In this document: positions 42,762 through 53,336 of the stretch, piece by piece
Layout of the letters: every line of letters begins with the position of its first letter
Numbering within the stretch: the stretch's first letter is position 1
Origin: Bacilli bacterium
Lineage (GTDB): Bacteria > Bacillota_I > Bacilli_A > RFN20 > CAG-826
Length of the DNA stretch: 64,000 nucleotides
Reading direction: 5' to 3'
NCBI GenBank assembly: GCA_045222195.1
Contig: JBGUXN010000029.1
Location: 742 to 64,741 of the forward strand
Notes under the pieces: model-generated
The model's input: the letters and a program-made list of their open reading frames with translations, nothing else
Told to the model about the DNA's origin: nothing
The model's database searches: none
Made by a program: the position numbers and the translations under genes

Positions 42762-43967
42762 TTATTGTTTATCTGCCTTTGGCAGTTCTTCTTGTTGTTC
42801 TTGATGGATGATATCAGCGTCTAATTCATAAGCATCGGCGTTTGTGATATCAACAAGCAAGTTCTTTTCGCTTTCAGGATCAAAGAAGTGCATTGCTTTT
42901 GGTGAGAATGCAATATTGATTTTTTGACCAGCGACCATGTTTTCTCTTTCTTCGTCAGAGAGAGATAAGGTTGGAATACGAACGATTAATCGATCCCCTT
43001 GATCTGTGGTGACGTGAAGGTGATATTCACTACCCATCATTTCGTTAACTTGAATGGTCACTGGGATAGAGGCGTCGCCTTTAGCTAATTGAATGTGTTC
43101 TGGTCTAATACCTAAGATAATTGGTCTAGATTCGACATTGCGTTCCGCTAAAGCTTTGGCTTTTGGACCATCCACTGGTAATTTGAATCCATAAGGATTA
43201 ACGAAATATTTGTCGCCTTCTTTGATTAATTCACAGTTGACGGTGTTCATCATTGGGGCACCGACGAATTGGGCGACGAATAAGTTCGCTGGCATATCGA
43301 ATAATTCAGTTGGTGTACCAACTTGCATGATGAAGCCATCTTTCATACAGACGATTCTATCACCTAAGGTCATCGCTTCTGTTTGGTCGTGGGTAACGTA
43401 AATGAAGGTCGTATTAATTCTCTTTCTAAGGAGAATGATTTCCGCTCTCATTTGGTTACGGAGTTTCGCGTCTAAGTTAGATAATGGTTCGTCCATTAAG
43501 AAGACTTTGCAGTCTTTAACCATCGCTCTACCGATAGCGACACGTTGTCTTTGACCACCAGACATGGCTTTTGGTTTTCTGGTGAGGAATTGGGTAATAC
43601 CCAAAACTTTCGCGGCATCTGTGACTCTACGATAGATTTCATCGTTGTCCATCTTTTGTAGTCTAAGTGGGAAAGCCATATTTTCATAGACAGTTAAATG
43701 TGGATAAAGAGCGTAGTTTTGGAAGACCATGGAGATGTGACGATCTTTTGGTTGTAAATCGTTAACGATTTCTCCATCAATAGATACCGTACCTTCGGAA
43801 ATATCTTCTAAGCCAGCGACCATTCTTAAGGTTGTAGATTTACCACATCCAGAAGGACCGACGAAGACGATAAATTCTTTGTCTTTAATGTGAAGATTGA
43901 AGTCATGGACCGCAGTCACATTACCGGAATAAATTTTCTTAACGTTTTTAATAATTACTTCTGCCAT
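42762..43967 (-). CDS. Sugar ABC transporter ATP-binding protein (MalK/MsmX type)
   Basis: 401 aa. Walker A GPSGCGKST, signature MSGGQRQRVAIGRA, Walker B FLMDEPLSNLD, and a C-terminal TOBE-like regulatory domain. Confidence 0.9.
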   Translation of the reverse strand: MAEVIIKNVKKIYSGNVTAVHDFNLHIKDKEFIVFVGPSGCGKSTTLRMVAGLEDISEGTVSIDGEIVNDLQPKDRHISMVFQNYALYPHLTVYENMAFPLRLQKMDNDEIYRRVTDAAKVLGITQFLTRKPKAMSGGQRQRVAIGRAMVKDCKVFLMDEPLSNLDAKLRNQMRAEIILLRKRINTTFIYVTHDQTEAMTLGDRIVCMKDGFIMQVGTPTELFDMPANLFVAQFVGAPMMNTVNCELIKEGDKYFVNPYGFKLPVDGPKAKALAERNVESRPIILGIRPEHIQLAKGDASIPVTIQVNEMMGSEYHLHVTTDQGDRLIVRIPTLSLSDEERENMVAGQKINIAFSPKAMHFFDPESEKNLLVDITNADAYELDADIIHQEQQEELPKADKQ

Positions 43968-43978
43968 AATAGATTCTC

Positions 43979-44836
43979 CTATCCTTTAACTGCACCACCA
44001 GTAACGCCCTCAACATAGTATTTTTGTAAGAAGAGGAATAAGACCATTACTGGAATCGCGACGATGACACCACCCGCACAGAAGTGAGCGAAGTGTTGGC
44101 CGATATTAGCGGCGCTCAACCAGGAATTAAGACCAGCGGCCACGTTCATACCTGATTGGCTACCTAACGAGACCGTATAGGCAAACACGAAGTCGCCCCA
44201 TGGTCCCATAAATGATGTTAAGACTGTGTAAATAAGAATTGGTTTACAAAGTGGAATGATGACCTTGAAGAAGATCTGCGCTCTAGTAGCGCCATCCACT
44301 AACGCTGCTTCATCAAGTGATTTAGGCATCGTATCAAGGAAGCCCTTAATAACGTAGTAGCCCATACCACTACTAGCGACATAAACAAGGATTAAACCTG
44401 GAACAGCGTTATCGCCAGTTAATCCGATGCCCTTTAAGATTTGATAAAGAACAATCATTGTTAGGAAGCCAGGGAACATGCCTAGAACAAGCATGAAGTT
44501 CATCAATGGCTTTCTAAGTTTGAATCTAAATCTAGAAAGGACGAATGACATGGCAAACTGCATAGCGGTTTGGACCACGCAGACGATTAAAGCAATGATG
44601 AAGGTATTGAAATACCATTGTAAGAAGTTGCATTCACTCGAGAAGAGGTATGCGTAATTAGCGAAACCGAACTCCTTTGGAATGATGTTAGAAGTAACAC
44701 CAGGGTTTTCCACGTCAAATGACTTCAAGAGTAAGAAGACAAATGGCGCGATCCAAATGATGGAGATAATCGCTAATGTGATATAGGAGACGATGTTTCC
44801 AATGCGTCTCTTAGTGGACATTTTCATACTAGCCAT
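43979..44836 (-). CDS. Sugar ABC transporter permease (MalG-like)
   Basis: ATG 44836 lies in TAATATG after the MalF-like stop (RBS GAGGAGGG). EAA loop LDEAALVDGATRAQIFFKVIIP. Confidence 0.85.
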   Translation of the reverse strand: MASMKMSTKRRIGNIVSYITLAIISIIWIAPFVFLLLKSFDVENPGVTSNIIPKEFGFANYAYLFSSECNFLQWYFNTFIIALIVCVVQTAMQFAMSFVLSRFRFKLRKPLMNFMLVLGMFPGFLTMIVLYQILKGIGLTGDNAVPGLILVYVASSGMGYYVIKGFLDTMPKSLDEAALVDGATRAQIFFKVIIPLCKPILIYTVLTSFMGPWGDFVFAYTVSLGSQSGMNVAAGLNSWLSAANIGQHFAHFCAGGVIVAIPVMVLFLFLQKYYVEGVTGGAVKG

Positions 44837-44837
44837 A

Positions 44838-46322
44838 TTATTGGAAACCCTCCTCATTCTTTGTACTTGGAATTAAGTTATAAACGATTAAGCTTAAGCC
44901 CGCGACAACGATGAACACCATGATACCGACAACCGCGGCGAACTTATAGTTACTATCATCGACCGCTAAGCGGAATAACCAGGTGATCAATAAGTCTGTT
45001 TTACCAGCGTTACCATAGTATTCTTGAACGTTTGGTCCACCACCAGTTAAGAGGTAAATAACATTGAAGTTATTCATGTTACCAGTGAAACTGGTTAATA
45101 AGTATGGACCGGTAATAAAGAGCATATATGGTAAGGTGATCTTTGTGTATTGTTGGAAGGCATTAGCACCGTCAATATTCGCGGATTCATAGAGGTCCGC
45201 TGGAATATTCATCAAGATACCAGTGACGACCAACATTAAGTAAGGAACACCAATCCAAATGTTAACGATAATAACGGTAATTCTGGCTAACCACTCATTA
45301 CCCCAGAAGTCAATGTGCGTACCAAATAAGCCGTTGATGATACCATCAGTAGCGAACATATTCGAAACGAACAAGATAGAGATAAACTGTGGAATAGCAA
45401 TGGAGAAGACGAGAATTGTTCTCCAAAGTTTCTTTAATTTAATGCCTTTCTTATTAATGAGCATCGCCACACCCATACCCAAGAAGTAGTTAGTGAAGGT
45501 AGCGAAGAACGCCCAAATCAATGTCCATAACAAGATTTGACCAAATGTCATGGAGAAAGAGGCGCCACCACTATTAGTCCAAGTGAATAACTGCGCGAAG
45601 TTATCCATACCAACCCAACCGAATAAGTTAAGTGGAGGATTATGGTTAGCATCGTAGTTAGTAAAGGCGACGAGAATCATGAAGAAGATCGGTAAGACCG
45701 TAAAGATTAAGATACCTAATACTGGAAGGGCTAATAATGTCTTGTGGAAGTTTTCATCCACTAAAGCACGTAAGTCATCTTTCGCAGTAGCGAGTTTCTT
45801 TTTATCTTTAATGATTTGTTCATTAATTCTGTTTTGTTTAATATTGAGGTTCCACGTATATATAAACGCAGCAATGAAGAATAAGGTAAGAACGCCGTAT
45901 AATAAGATGTTAAAGGAGTTTTCGCCATATTGGACAGTACCATCATCAAATGTTTGTGAACCTACAGTACCTAAGATATATAGTCTAGATAGATAGTGAC
46001 CACCAAAATAGACCATATAAAGTATGAAAATGACTTCGAAGAAGAGGAATAAGAGACCTCTCAATATTTGCTTTCTAGAGATGTTACCAAAGCCCATGAT
46101 GAAGTAGGAAACTTTTGTTTTCCAATCACCATGCACGAATGTTAATCCTAGATCTCTGAACCAGTGAACAATACCTAAAGCAAGGTTCTTGAAGAAACGG
46201 CCGATTTTAATGAATAAGTTTTTGAATTTGCCAGGAATGGAGGCAAAGAACAACTTAAACTTATAGCCAGCGCGTTTAGACTTGCTTAGTTTCAATAGTT
46301 CTAAATCAGTATATTGCTTCAT
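44838..46322 (-). CDS. Sugar ABC transporter permease (MalF-like, long N-terminal extension)
   Basis: 494 aa with RBS AGGAGGTG. EAA loop LYESANIDGANAFQQYTKITLP. Confidence 0.85.
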   Translation of the reverse strand: MKQYTDLELLKLSKSKRAGYKFKLFFASIPGKFKNLFIKIGRFFKNLALGIVHWFRDLGLTFVHGDWKTKVSYFIMGFGNISRKQILRGLLFLFFEVIFILYMVYFGGHYLSRLYILGTVGSQTFDDGTVQYGENSFNILLYGVLTLFFIAAFIYTWNLNIKQNRINEQIIKDKKKLATAKDDLRALVDENFHKTLLALPVLGILIFTVLPIFFMILVAFTNYDANHNPPLNLFGWVGMDNFAQLFTWTNSGGASFSMTFGQILLWTLIWAFFATFTNYFLGMGVAMLINKKGIKLKKLWRTILVFSIAIPQFISILFVSNMFATDGIINGLFGTHIDFWGNEWLARITVIIVNIWIGVPYLMLVVTGILMNIPADLYESANIDGANAFQQYTKITLPYMLFITGPYLLTSFTGNMNNFNVIYLLTGGGPNVQEYYGNAGKTDLLITWLFRLAVDDSNYKFAAVVGIMVFIVVAGLSLIVYNLIPSTKNEEGFQ

Positions 46323-46333
46323 CTTCTCACCTC

Positions 46334-47647
46334 CTAATCTTCACTTAATAAATCAGGTAACCCATTCTTATAGTTAAGAAGGATTTGTCTGATTTGTTCA
46401 TCGGTTGAGTCTTTAGTAACCGCTTTAGCGGTTGTGCTTAACGCGACGAACCAAGCACCTGGGCATTGGCCTTGTTGAGTAGCGTAAACGTGTTGTTTTG
46501 CTAAGGCCGCTAAACCTGGATGCGCTAAAACTTCTTCTTTTTGGGAAGATTTTTTATTTGTTGGGCCCCAAGAGACTTCTTTAAATCTCTCGGATTGGCA
46601 CTTTTCACCAGTTAAATATCTGGCTAATTTACGACACACGGATGCCTTCTTTGCGTCCACTTGCGGTTTGACACCGATGAGTTTATAACCATCGTATGAA
46701 CCTAAGTGATAGGACTTGCCGTCTACTGAGAATGATGGAAGTTCAGCACAACCTAAGTTACTACCTAAACGCTTAAGAGCGACATCGTATTCCCAAATAC
46801 CAGAGATGACCGCAATCGCAGAATCACCTAACTTAGAGGCTAATGAGTTAGTGGCGACGATTGAAGTATCCGCTAATTCTTTTAAGCCTTTCGCAGCGAT
46901 GACGCCATTATCGCCAGAGAATGTATCATCGTATTTGGTGAACTTACCAGTGATTTCATCAAGTGTCCATTCGGATTTACAGAGCGTTTCATCTTTTCCA
47001 CTTTCAGTGGCTAAGAAGTAGCTCGCGGTATAGAAGCCATTACTTCTACCTTCAAAGTTGAGTTTCTTACCAGCGGATTTACATTTCGCTAAGATCTTAG
47101 ACATATCTTTAGCGTCTTCATCAGAGATAACACTCTTATCGTAATATAAGAAGTAACCGTTATCGCTAGTGATTGGGAAAGCGTAAACGTTTTCGCCTAA
47201 TGAAGCGGCTTTGACGGAATCTTCACTATTGTTTTCTTTGATAAATGAAGCATACGTGCCTGTTAATTTACCAACCGCACCAGCGACTTTTAATCTCGCT
47301 AATTGGTCTTGGGCGAAGCAGAAGATATCCGCACCGCTTTGGACGTCTTGGAGCATGGAAGAGGCCGCTGTGCCTTCTGATTGTGGTTCAACAGTCGCGT
47401 TAATTGTGTACTTACCCATGCTTTCAGACACAAAGGATTGAATTTGTGTTCTGGTTAAGTCGACGATTTTATCGTCAACCCAAACTTTGATGTTATATGT
47501 ACCAGCATCATCAACGCCATCGGATTCACCACTATCATCGGTGTCTCCACCTAAATCTAATCCTTCAATAATATATGTGTATTTGAAGTTACAGCTCGCT
47601 AATAGAAGAACTGGGAGAATTAAAGCTAATTTCTTAAAACTTTTCAT
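46334..47647 (-). CDS. Sugar (maltodextrin-type) ABC substrate-binding lipoprotein
   Basis: 437 aa with RBS AGGAGGT. Lipobox LLLAS-C. It sits first in the permease/ATPase set. The substrate call rests on context only. Confidence 0.75.
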   Translation of the reverse strand: MKSFKKLALILPVLLLASCNFKYTYIIEGLDLGGDTDDSGESDGVDDAGTYNIKVWVDDKIVDLTRTQIQSFVSESMGKYTINATVEPQSEGTAASSMLQDVQSGADIFCFAQDQLARLKVAGAVGKLTGTYASFIKENNSEDSVKAASLGENVYAFPITSDNGYFLYYDKSVISDEDAKDMSKILAKCKSAGKKLNFEGRSNGFYTASYFLATESGKDETLCKSEWTLDEITGKFTKYDDTFSGDNGVIAAKGLKELADTSIVATNSLASKLGDSAIAVISGIWEYDVALKRLGSNLGCAELPSFSVDGKSYHLGSYDGYKLIGVKPQVDAKKASVCRKLARYLTGEKCQSERFKEVSWGPTNKKSSQKEEVLAHPGLAALAKQHVYATQQGQCPGAWFVALSTTAKAVTKDSTDEQIRQILLNYKNGLPDLLSED

Positions 47648-47657
47648 ATCTTACCTC

Positions 47658-48086
47658 CTATTTGCTCACCCAAATGCCATATAAGTTGAGGACATTTGAT
47701 TGTTTATAATCTGTTTCAAAATTCCATAATTTAGATTCATCAATCGAGGATGAATATTCGGAATAACCTAAGAAGTGTCCATATAGTGGATCAGATGCTT
47801 TAGCGTCGGTTAAAACCGCTTGTTCTGGGCAACTTCCTAAAGGTTTAAGCATAAACCATCTCATGGAATAGATTGGTTCATCACTGTGTGAATAATCTAA
47901 ATAGAAATTAACAGTCATGTTTTCTTCTTGATCGATGTCACCTTGACCTTCGCCACCACCTTCACTGGTTTCTTCGTTGAATGGATCACCAGGATAGGAA
48001 TGGACTGGTTTAAAGACACTGCTTGAAGAACAGGCCACTAGAAGTGGTAACGCTAATAAGCTAACTAAGAATAATTTCTTTTTCAT
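47658..48086 (-). CDS. Small lipoprotein with one Flg_new-like repeat
   Basis: 142 aa. Lipobox LLVA-C, an acidic G/E linker, and the repeat VNFYLD...GHFLGY...LNLYGIW. Confidence 0.6.
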   Translation of the reverse strand: MKKKLFLVSLLALPLLVACSSSSVFKPVHSYPGDPFNEETSEGGGEGQGDIDQEENMTVNFYLDYSHSDEPIYSMRWFMLKPLGSCPEQAVLTDAKASDPLYGHFLGYSEYSSSIDESKLWNFETDYKQSNVLNLYGIWVSK

Positions 48087-48100
48087 AACTTTACCCCCTT

Positions 48101-51100
48101 CTATCTACCATGACGGTCATAGAATAAGACCGTGTTTCTATCGTTGAAGTAAACTTTGTTATCGCTAATGGAAGAGCTTCCGTATTCAAATACTTTATTC
48201 CATATGGCCATCGCGGCTTCATCGCATTGGATGTAATCACCCGCTCCGATGCCACCAGCACATGTGTAGATGAAAGCTTCGTTAGCTTGGAAAGCGACAC
48301 AGTTAGAGAAGTTTCCTTCTTGTGACCAATAACGATTCATGACACCACTACCAGAACTTGTGGTACCGACAAATGCTTCATAACCATTATTTTCACCGCG
48401 TTTCTTTAATAAATCTTTATGAGATTTAATTAATGTTTTGAAACAGTTGTTGTATTGATAGACCGCATCAGTGATGACGTCATCATCACATGTGATCTTC
48501 ACTTTGTTACCCCATTTGAATGAGTTAACACTTAATGGAGCGTTATATGAGTTATGGGAAATCTTATGACCCCACATATCAGTCCAGCTATCAGCGGTGA
48601 CACCCGCGACAGTCGCTGGATTAACTGTATATTCTTTTGTTCTAAGTAATTCTTCACCACCTAAGAAGAAGGCTGCGGAGTTGCCCGCCATCACAAGAGC
48701 GTGGGCTTGTAATGATGCTCTAAGAATAGATTCTAAGGAAGCACCGTGTTCCGCATCTCTATTTGGTAAGGTGTTGAATAATTGATCTCTCACTGTCCAG
48801 TTATCGTGACAGGACACGTAGTTAACTGTTTGTTCTGGATAATAGCCAGATTTATGACCATCAGTATTGATGTTCTTATTAACACCCCACATACCATCGC
48901 TGATAGCGTCTAAAGTGTTATAGTCAACATACCAAGGATCGCCTTCTCTCCAGTTACCTAATTGGACAAAGCCACTGCCTGGATAAGTTTTGCCGTTATA
49001 AGAAGGACCATTTTCCCCTCTGACAGCGTTTCTAAAGCAATCGTTGAAACCACCGAGATAAACGGATTGTTCACCGACTTTGAACTTATTGCATTCGTTA
49101 TAAACTTGCCATGTTTCAGTGCCGTAGTTATCGCCGCTTGGACCATTATAGCCAAGAGACCAACCTTCACCATAGATATAAATATCTGGATCGATTTTAT
49201 ATAACTCTTTTTGTACTTCATTCATGGTCTTGAAATCAATAAGACCCATTAAGTCAAATCTGAAGCCTTTAACTTTGTATTCTTTGGCCCACATGCATAA
49301 AGAATCAACAATGAATTTTCTCATCATTGGTCTTTCAGAGGCCACTTCGTTATGGCAACCAGAACCATCATATAATTCACCCTCAGGAGTATATCTGAAG
49401 TAGTAACGAGGCATTAATTTGTGGAAGTTACTACCAGTCGCACTACTGACGTGGTTATAAACAACGTCCATAATGACTCTTGTATGGGCTTCAGTCTTAG
49501 ACATTTGTAAGACTAAATTCTTGAATTCTTTGACTCTTGCCAAACCATCGTGTGGATTAGAGGAATATCCACCTTCGACGATATTGTAATTAAGAGGGTT
49601 ATAGCCCCAGTTGTATTTAAGTTCTTCTGCGGATTCATCGTTATCGTGGTCGAAACATGGCACGAGTTGTACCGCACCAACACCTAATTCATTTAAGTGA
49701 TCATAACCAGTGGAAACAGTGACGCCGTCCACGGTTAATTCAGTACCACTCTCAACGAAAGCATTATATGTACCGCGTTTATTGTTTTTCTTAGACACCC
49801 AAGATTCATCACCGGTGAAGTCTTGCATATGAACTTCGTAAATGGTTAAGTCTTGAGGTGTTACTAAATCTAAAGTGGAATCCCCGTCCCATTTAAGTGG
49901 TAAAGCACTCCAACCTTCAGGATTAGAATCTTCTTTATCGTAGATATAACCACGAATGCCACAGCAACCAGCACTTGTCGCATATGGATCCATGACCACA
50001 TTAGTGCCTAAAGTATTGTCTACTTGATAGTTGTAATAGACATCTTTTAAGTCACCATCAATGGTTAATTCCCAAATACCACCACTGGTGTAATGCATAT
50101 GGTAACCTGTGTATTTATTATCCCCACCATATTCAACGGATGTATCTCTACCTTCACTTCTTTCAGGAAGGATATTGCCGTCCGCATCAAACTTAAGACC
50201 ATAGAGAAGAACAGTCATATTCGCACTGACTGGTGACCAAACTTTAAATGTGGTCTTAGTTGGGGTATATGTCACACCTAAATCCACATCTTGTTTTTCA
50301 TAATATTGATGGAATTTAGCGGATTCATATAAGTTTTCAAAACCAACAGTGACGGTCTTATCTAATTCTTTCATGTCTGGATCAACATCACTATTTGGAT
50401 CATGGGACACTAAAGAATAGACGAGATTGATATGTGCTTCATATGGTAATTCGATATTGAAGTTACCACTATTGGTGCCTTCTTTAACTAGATACCATCT
50501 TTGCGCATCCGCTCTTTTCTTTGGTTTGATTTTGTAATATGTTTCATCGAAAGCATAAAGCTTCCAATTGACAGTTGATGTATTCTCGGTCAAATCACAC
50601 TTGATTGTTTTCCAATCGGTGAATTTGGCGAGTTTTACACCATGAACTTTTGTTTTTGCTTCACTATCTAGAATAGCAATGCCTCCACCTGCTGCAGGCA
50701 TTGTCCAAACTTCGCACACCTTTTCTTTTGGTGGGAAGTCAGCATAACGTAATTGGACGTCATCTGATTGTCCACCCCAGTTGAGATTAGTATCACTAAT
50801 CATCTTGAACTTGATAATGAAGTAGAGACTACTCTTGCCGTTGAACGCGGCAAATCTCGCATCATTAAGGAAGTCAATTTGGATGGTCATCATCGTTTCA
50901 TCGTCGCTCACAGTGATGATATCAGAGGCGTTATCTAAGTTATATTCAACGCCATCTTCACCTGTGACCCACAAATAAAAGGCACGCCCTCTACATCCAC
51001 CTGCCTCATTGTAGTAATGGAGGACAACTTTGTCGACTTCGACTACCTCGTCTTCTTCGTCATCATCGTCTCCTGGAGCATATTTAATGTCAGGACGATT

Positions 51101-51250
51101 GAGTTGTGCATGTTCTAAGCTATCATCATAAATAGCGGTATCTAAACCAGGATCTTCTTTAGGAGCATCCTTTAGTAAGGCTGGTAAGCACATGCCCATA
51201 ACGAAAAAAGAAGGTAACAAAGTCATCAAAATCTTTTTGACCTTTTTCAT
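48101..51250 (-). CDS. Type I pullulanase (GH13 with CBM41/CBM48-like N-terminal modules), membrane-anchored
   Basis: 1049 aa with RBS AGAGGA. N-terminal hydrophobic anchor. VVLHYYNEAGG..FYLWV (PUD-like). GH13 regions: VIMDVVYNHV, GFRFDLMGLI, YIYGEGWS, NYVSCHDNWT. Confidence 0.9.
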   Translation of the reverse strand: MKKVKKILMTLLPSFFVMGMCLPALLKDAPKEDPGLDTAIYDDSLEHAQLNRPDIKYAPGDDDDEEDEVVEVDKVVLHYYNEAGGCRGRAFYLWVTGEDGVEYNLDNASDIITVSDDETMMTIQIDFLNDARFAAFNGKSSLYFIIKFKMISDTNLNWGGQSDDVQLRYADFPPKEKVCEVWTMPAAGGGIAILDSEAKTKVHGVKLAKFTDWKTIKCDLTENTSTVNWKLYAFDETYYKIKPKKRADAQRWYLVKEGTNSGNFNIELPYEAHINLVYSLVSHDPNSDVDPDMKELDKTVTVGFENLYESAKFHQYYEKQDVDLGVTYTPTKTTFKVWSPVSANMTVLLYGLKFDADGNILPERSEGRDTSVEYGGDNKYTGYHMHYTSGGIWELTIDGDLKDVYYNYQVDNTLGTNVVMDPYATSAGCCGIRGYIYDKEDSNPEGWSALPLKWDGDSTLDLVTPQDLTIYEVHMQDFTGDESWVSKKNNKRGTYNAFVESGTELTVDGVTVSTGYDHLNELGVGAVQLVPCFDHDNDESAEELKYNWGYNPLNYNIVEGGYSSNPHDGLARVKEFKNLVLQMSKTEAHTRVIMDVVYNHVSSATGSNFHKLMPRYYFRYTPEGELYDGSGCHNEVASERPMMRKFIVDSLCMWAKEYKVKGFRFDLMGLIDFKTMNEVQKELYKIDPDIYIYGEGWSLGYNGPSGDNYGTETWQVYNECNKFKVGEQSVYLGGFNDCFRNAVRGENGPSYNGKTYPGSGFVQLGNWREGDPWYVDYNTLDAISDGMWGVNKNINTDGHKSGYYPEQTVNYVSCHDNWTVRDQLFNTLPNRDAEHGASLESILRASLQAHALVMAGNSAAFFLGGEELLRTKEYTVNPATVAGVTADSWTDMWGHKISHNSYNAPLSVNSFKWGNKVKITCDDDVITDAVYQYNNCFKTLIKSHKDLLKKRGENNGYEAFVGTTSSGSGVMNRYWSQEGNFSNCVAFQANEAFIYTCAGGIGAGDYIQCDEAAMAIWNKVFEYGSSSISDNKVYFNDRNTVLFYDRHGR

Positions 51251-51279
51251 AGTTAATCCTCTTTTTAAATGATACTCAT

Positions 51280-51288
51280 ATTATAGCA
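51280..51288 (-). promoter_or_regulatory. Extended -10 element (TGCTATAAT) of the pullulanase operon promoter
   Basis: Minus strand TGcTATAAT, about 30 nt upstream of the ATG at 51250. Confidence 0.4.
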
Positions 51289-51336
51289 CTCGCACGCGAA
51301 AGTGATTATTTTTTTATAATCTTAGATTATTTTATT

Positions 51337-51368
51337 TTAAATAAAAAAGCCGTTCCTTGAAACGGCTT
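51337..51368 (-). terminator. pepO terminator
   Basis: Minus strand AAGCCGTT-tcaagg-AACGGCTT followed by TTTTATTT. Confidence 0.7.
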
Positions 51369-51386
51369 AATTGTTTCGATGTAGTC

Positions 51387-53285
51387 TTACCAAATGATGA
51401 GTCTCTTCTTTGGTTCAATATACATTTTATCAGTTTTCTTCACATCGAATGTTTCATACCATTCTTCGAAGTTACGTGGAGGCATATTGGTTCTTAAGAT
51501 GACTGGTCCATGGACGTCCACAGTGAGGAGGAGAGCTTGGTATTCTGGTTTAGCTTTTTGACACCAAATCTTGGCCCAGTTAAGGAAGTATTCTTCATAG
51601 TTAGCGTCTTTCATGTTCTTCATGATGTTAAGAGTGACCGCCATACCACCATTATCAGCGATGTTTTCACTGACAATAAGAGCGGAGTTAACTTTACCCC
51701 ATGGGAGTTCGATACCATCGAATTGTTCAATCATGAGTTTGGTTTTCTTTTCGAATTTCTTGAAGTCTTCTTTGGTCCACCAGTTATTGATGTTACCGTT
51801 TTCATCCATCTTGGCGCCATTATTATCGAAGGCGTGAGAGATTTCATGACCGATAACCGCACCAATACCACCTAGGTTTTGGCTTCTAGTTTGTTTGATG
51901 GAATAGAATGGGGCTTGTAAGATAGCGGCAGGGAAAGTGATATCGTTACTTGTTGGATCATAGCAGGCATTAACCATATGACCTGGCATTAACCATTTTG
52001 TCTTATCCACTGGTTGATTTAATTTGGCTAAGCTATCAAAGAATCTCACTTTGTAGATGTTAGAAATGTTCTTATATAAAGAATCCTTTTTATTAACGAC
52101 GAATTGGTCGTAAATTGGTTCGACTTTGTCGGTATAGCCCATCTTAATTTTCATGGTGCTAAGTTTTAAGATGGCTTTTTCTTTAGTGGCATCACATAAA
52201 ATATCAGAGTTTTTAACTCTTTGCTTATATGTTTCGATGATTTCTTTTACCATTTCAATGACGTCTTTTTTGGCTTCTTCACCGAAGTATTTAACGCCGT
52301 AATAGTAACCAACTGGTTGATCAAAACAGTTAGAGGCTAAACGATAGGCAAATTTAACTGGATCTGTTGGTTTTGCAATACCAGAAAGCGCTCTTCCAAA
52401 GGCACCAGAGATTTCTCTAAGTGGTTCGCTTAAGAATTGGCCTCTTTGTAATAAGAAGTTAACGTATGACCAGTGAATGAACTTATTGAAGTTTTCTTCA
52501 TTGAATAATGTTTTAAAACCATCTAAGAATCTTGGATCAGCGACGATCACCACTTCTGGGATATAACCGAATAATTGTTTAAAGACTCTTTTGATTTTAA
52601 CAGGAGCAAGCAATCTATTAACCTTATTAACTTTATAAGGATTATACATCTTTGTGTATTCGCTCCATTCTTGAGAGGACTTCACTAATGTCGCGATTAT
52701 GGCATCGAACGCTAAGGTGTCTTCTAAATATAAAGCTTGTTCTTCCTTAGATAATTCAGAGAAGGATAAGGCTTGCATCGCGAATGCTTTCCACATGTTT
52801 AAGAGCATATCCTTATTTGGATTAGCAGGATTATACATGGTGGTATCTGGAAGGATTGTGCTTGGACCAGATAAGAATAAAGCGTGCTTATTGGAATCTT
52901 TTAAATCTGTATCAACCCAGAAATTAAATGGTAATGGGTAACCATTAACGACAAAGTTTTTAAATTTTCTATTAAATAAGGCATAATCATTCGCACTTGC
53001 AATAAACTTTAAATCTTTAGCGATTGGTTTAATACCTTGTTTATTTCTCTTTTTAACGTTTTTAGCGACGCTATAAAGGTCAACAGCTTTTTGTAAGTTT
53101 GGGTCTTTGATATCATTAGCTTTTTCTAATGCTTTAAATTCATCCATCAATGTCTTTTCGACGTTATCACGTAATTCAGCGAAACCACCGGCGACAGGCA
53201 TATCATCTGGAATGACTAAAGAATCGATTTTTTCTTGATTAACGAATGTGAATAAATCATCTTGTATTCTGACTTTATTTTCCAT
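51387..53285 (-). CDS. pepO: M13 (neprilysin-family) zinc endopeptidase PepO
   Basis: 632 aa with RBS AGGAGG. No signal peptide. Motifs: NACYDP, VIGHEISHAFD (HExxH), ENIADNGG (ExxxD), and a C-terminal IW. Confidence 0.9.
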   Translation of the reverse strand: MENKVRIQDDLFTFVNQEKIDSLVIPDDMPVAGGFAELRDNVEKTLMDEFKALEKANDIKDPNLQKAVDLYSVAKNVKKRNKQGIKPIAKDLKFIASANDYALFNRKFKNFVVNGYPLPFNFWVDTDLKDSNKHALFLSGPSTILPDTTMYNPANPNKDMLLNMWKAFAMQALSFSELSKEEQALYLEDTLAFDAIIATLVKSSQEWSEYTKMYNPYKVNKVNRLLAPVKIKRVFKQLFGYIPEVVIVADPRFLDGFKTLFNEENFNKFIHWSYVNFLLQRGQFLSEPLREISGAFGRALSGIAKPTDPVKFAYRLASNCFDQPVGYYYGVKYFGEEAKKDVIEMVKEIIETYKQRVKNSDILCDATKEKAILKLSTMKIKMGYTDKVEPIYDQFVVNKKDSLYKNISNIYKVRFFDSLAKLNQPVDKTKWLMPGHMVNACYDPTSNDITFPAAILQAPFYSIKQTRSQNLGGIGAVIGHEISHAFDNNGAKMDENGNINNWWTKEDFKKFEKKTKLMIEQFDGIELPWGKVNSALIVSENIADNGGMAVTLNIMKNMKDANYEEYFLNWAKIWCQKAKPEYQALLLTVDVHGPVILRTNMPPRNFEEWYETFDVKKTDKMYIEPKKRLIIW

Positions 53286-53336
53286 AAGGGGCCTCCTATT
53301 TTGTAATATTATTACACAAATTAGGAAATTCGACCA

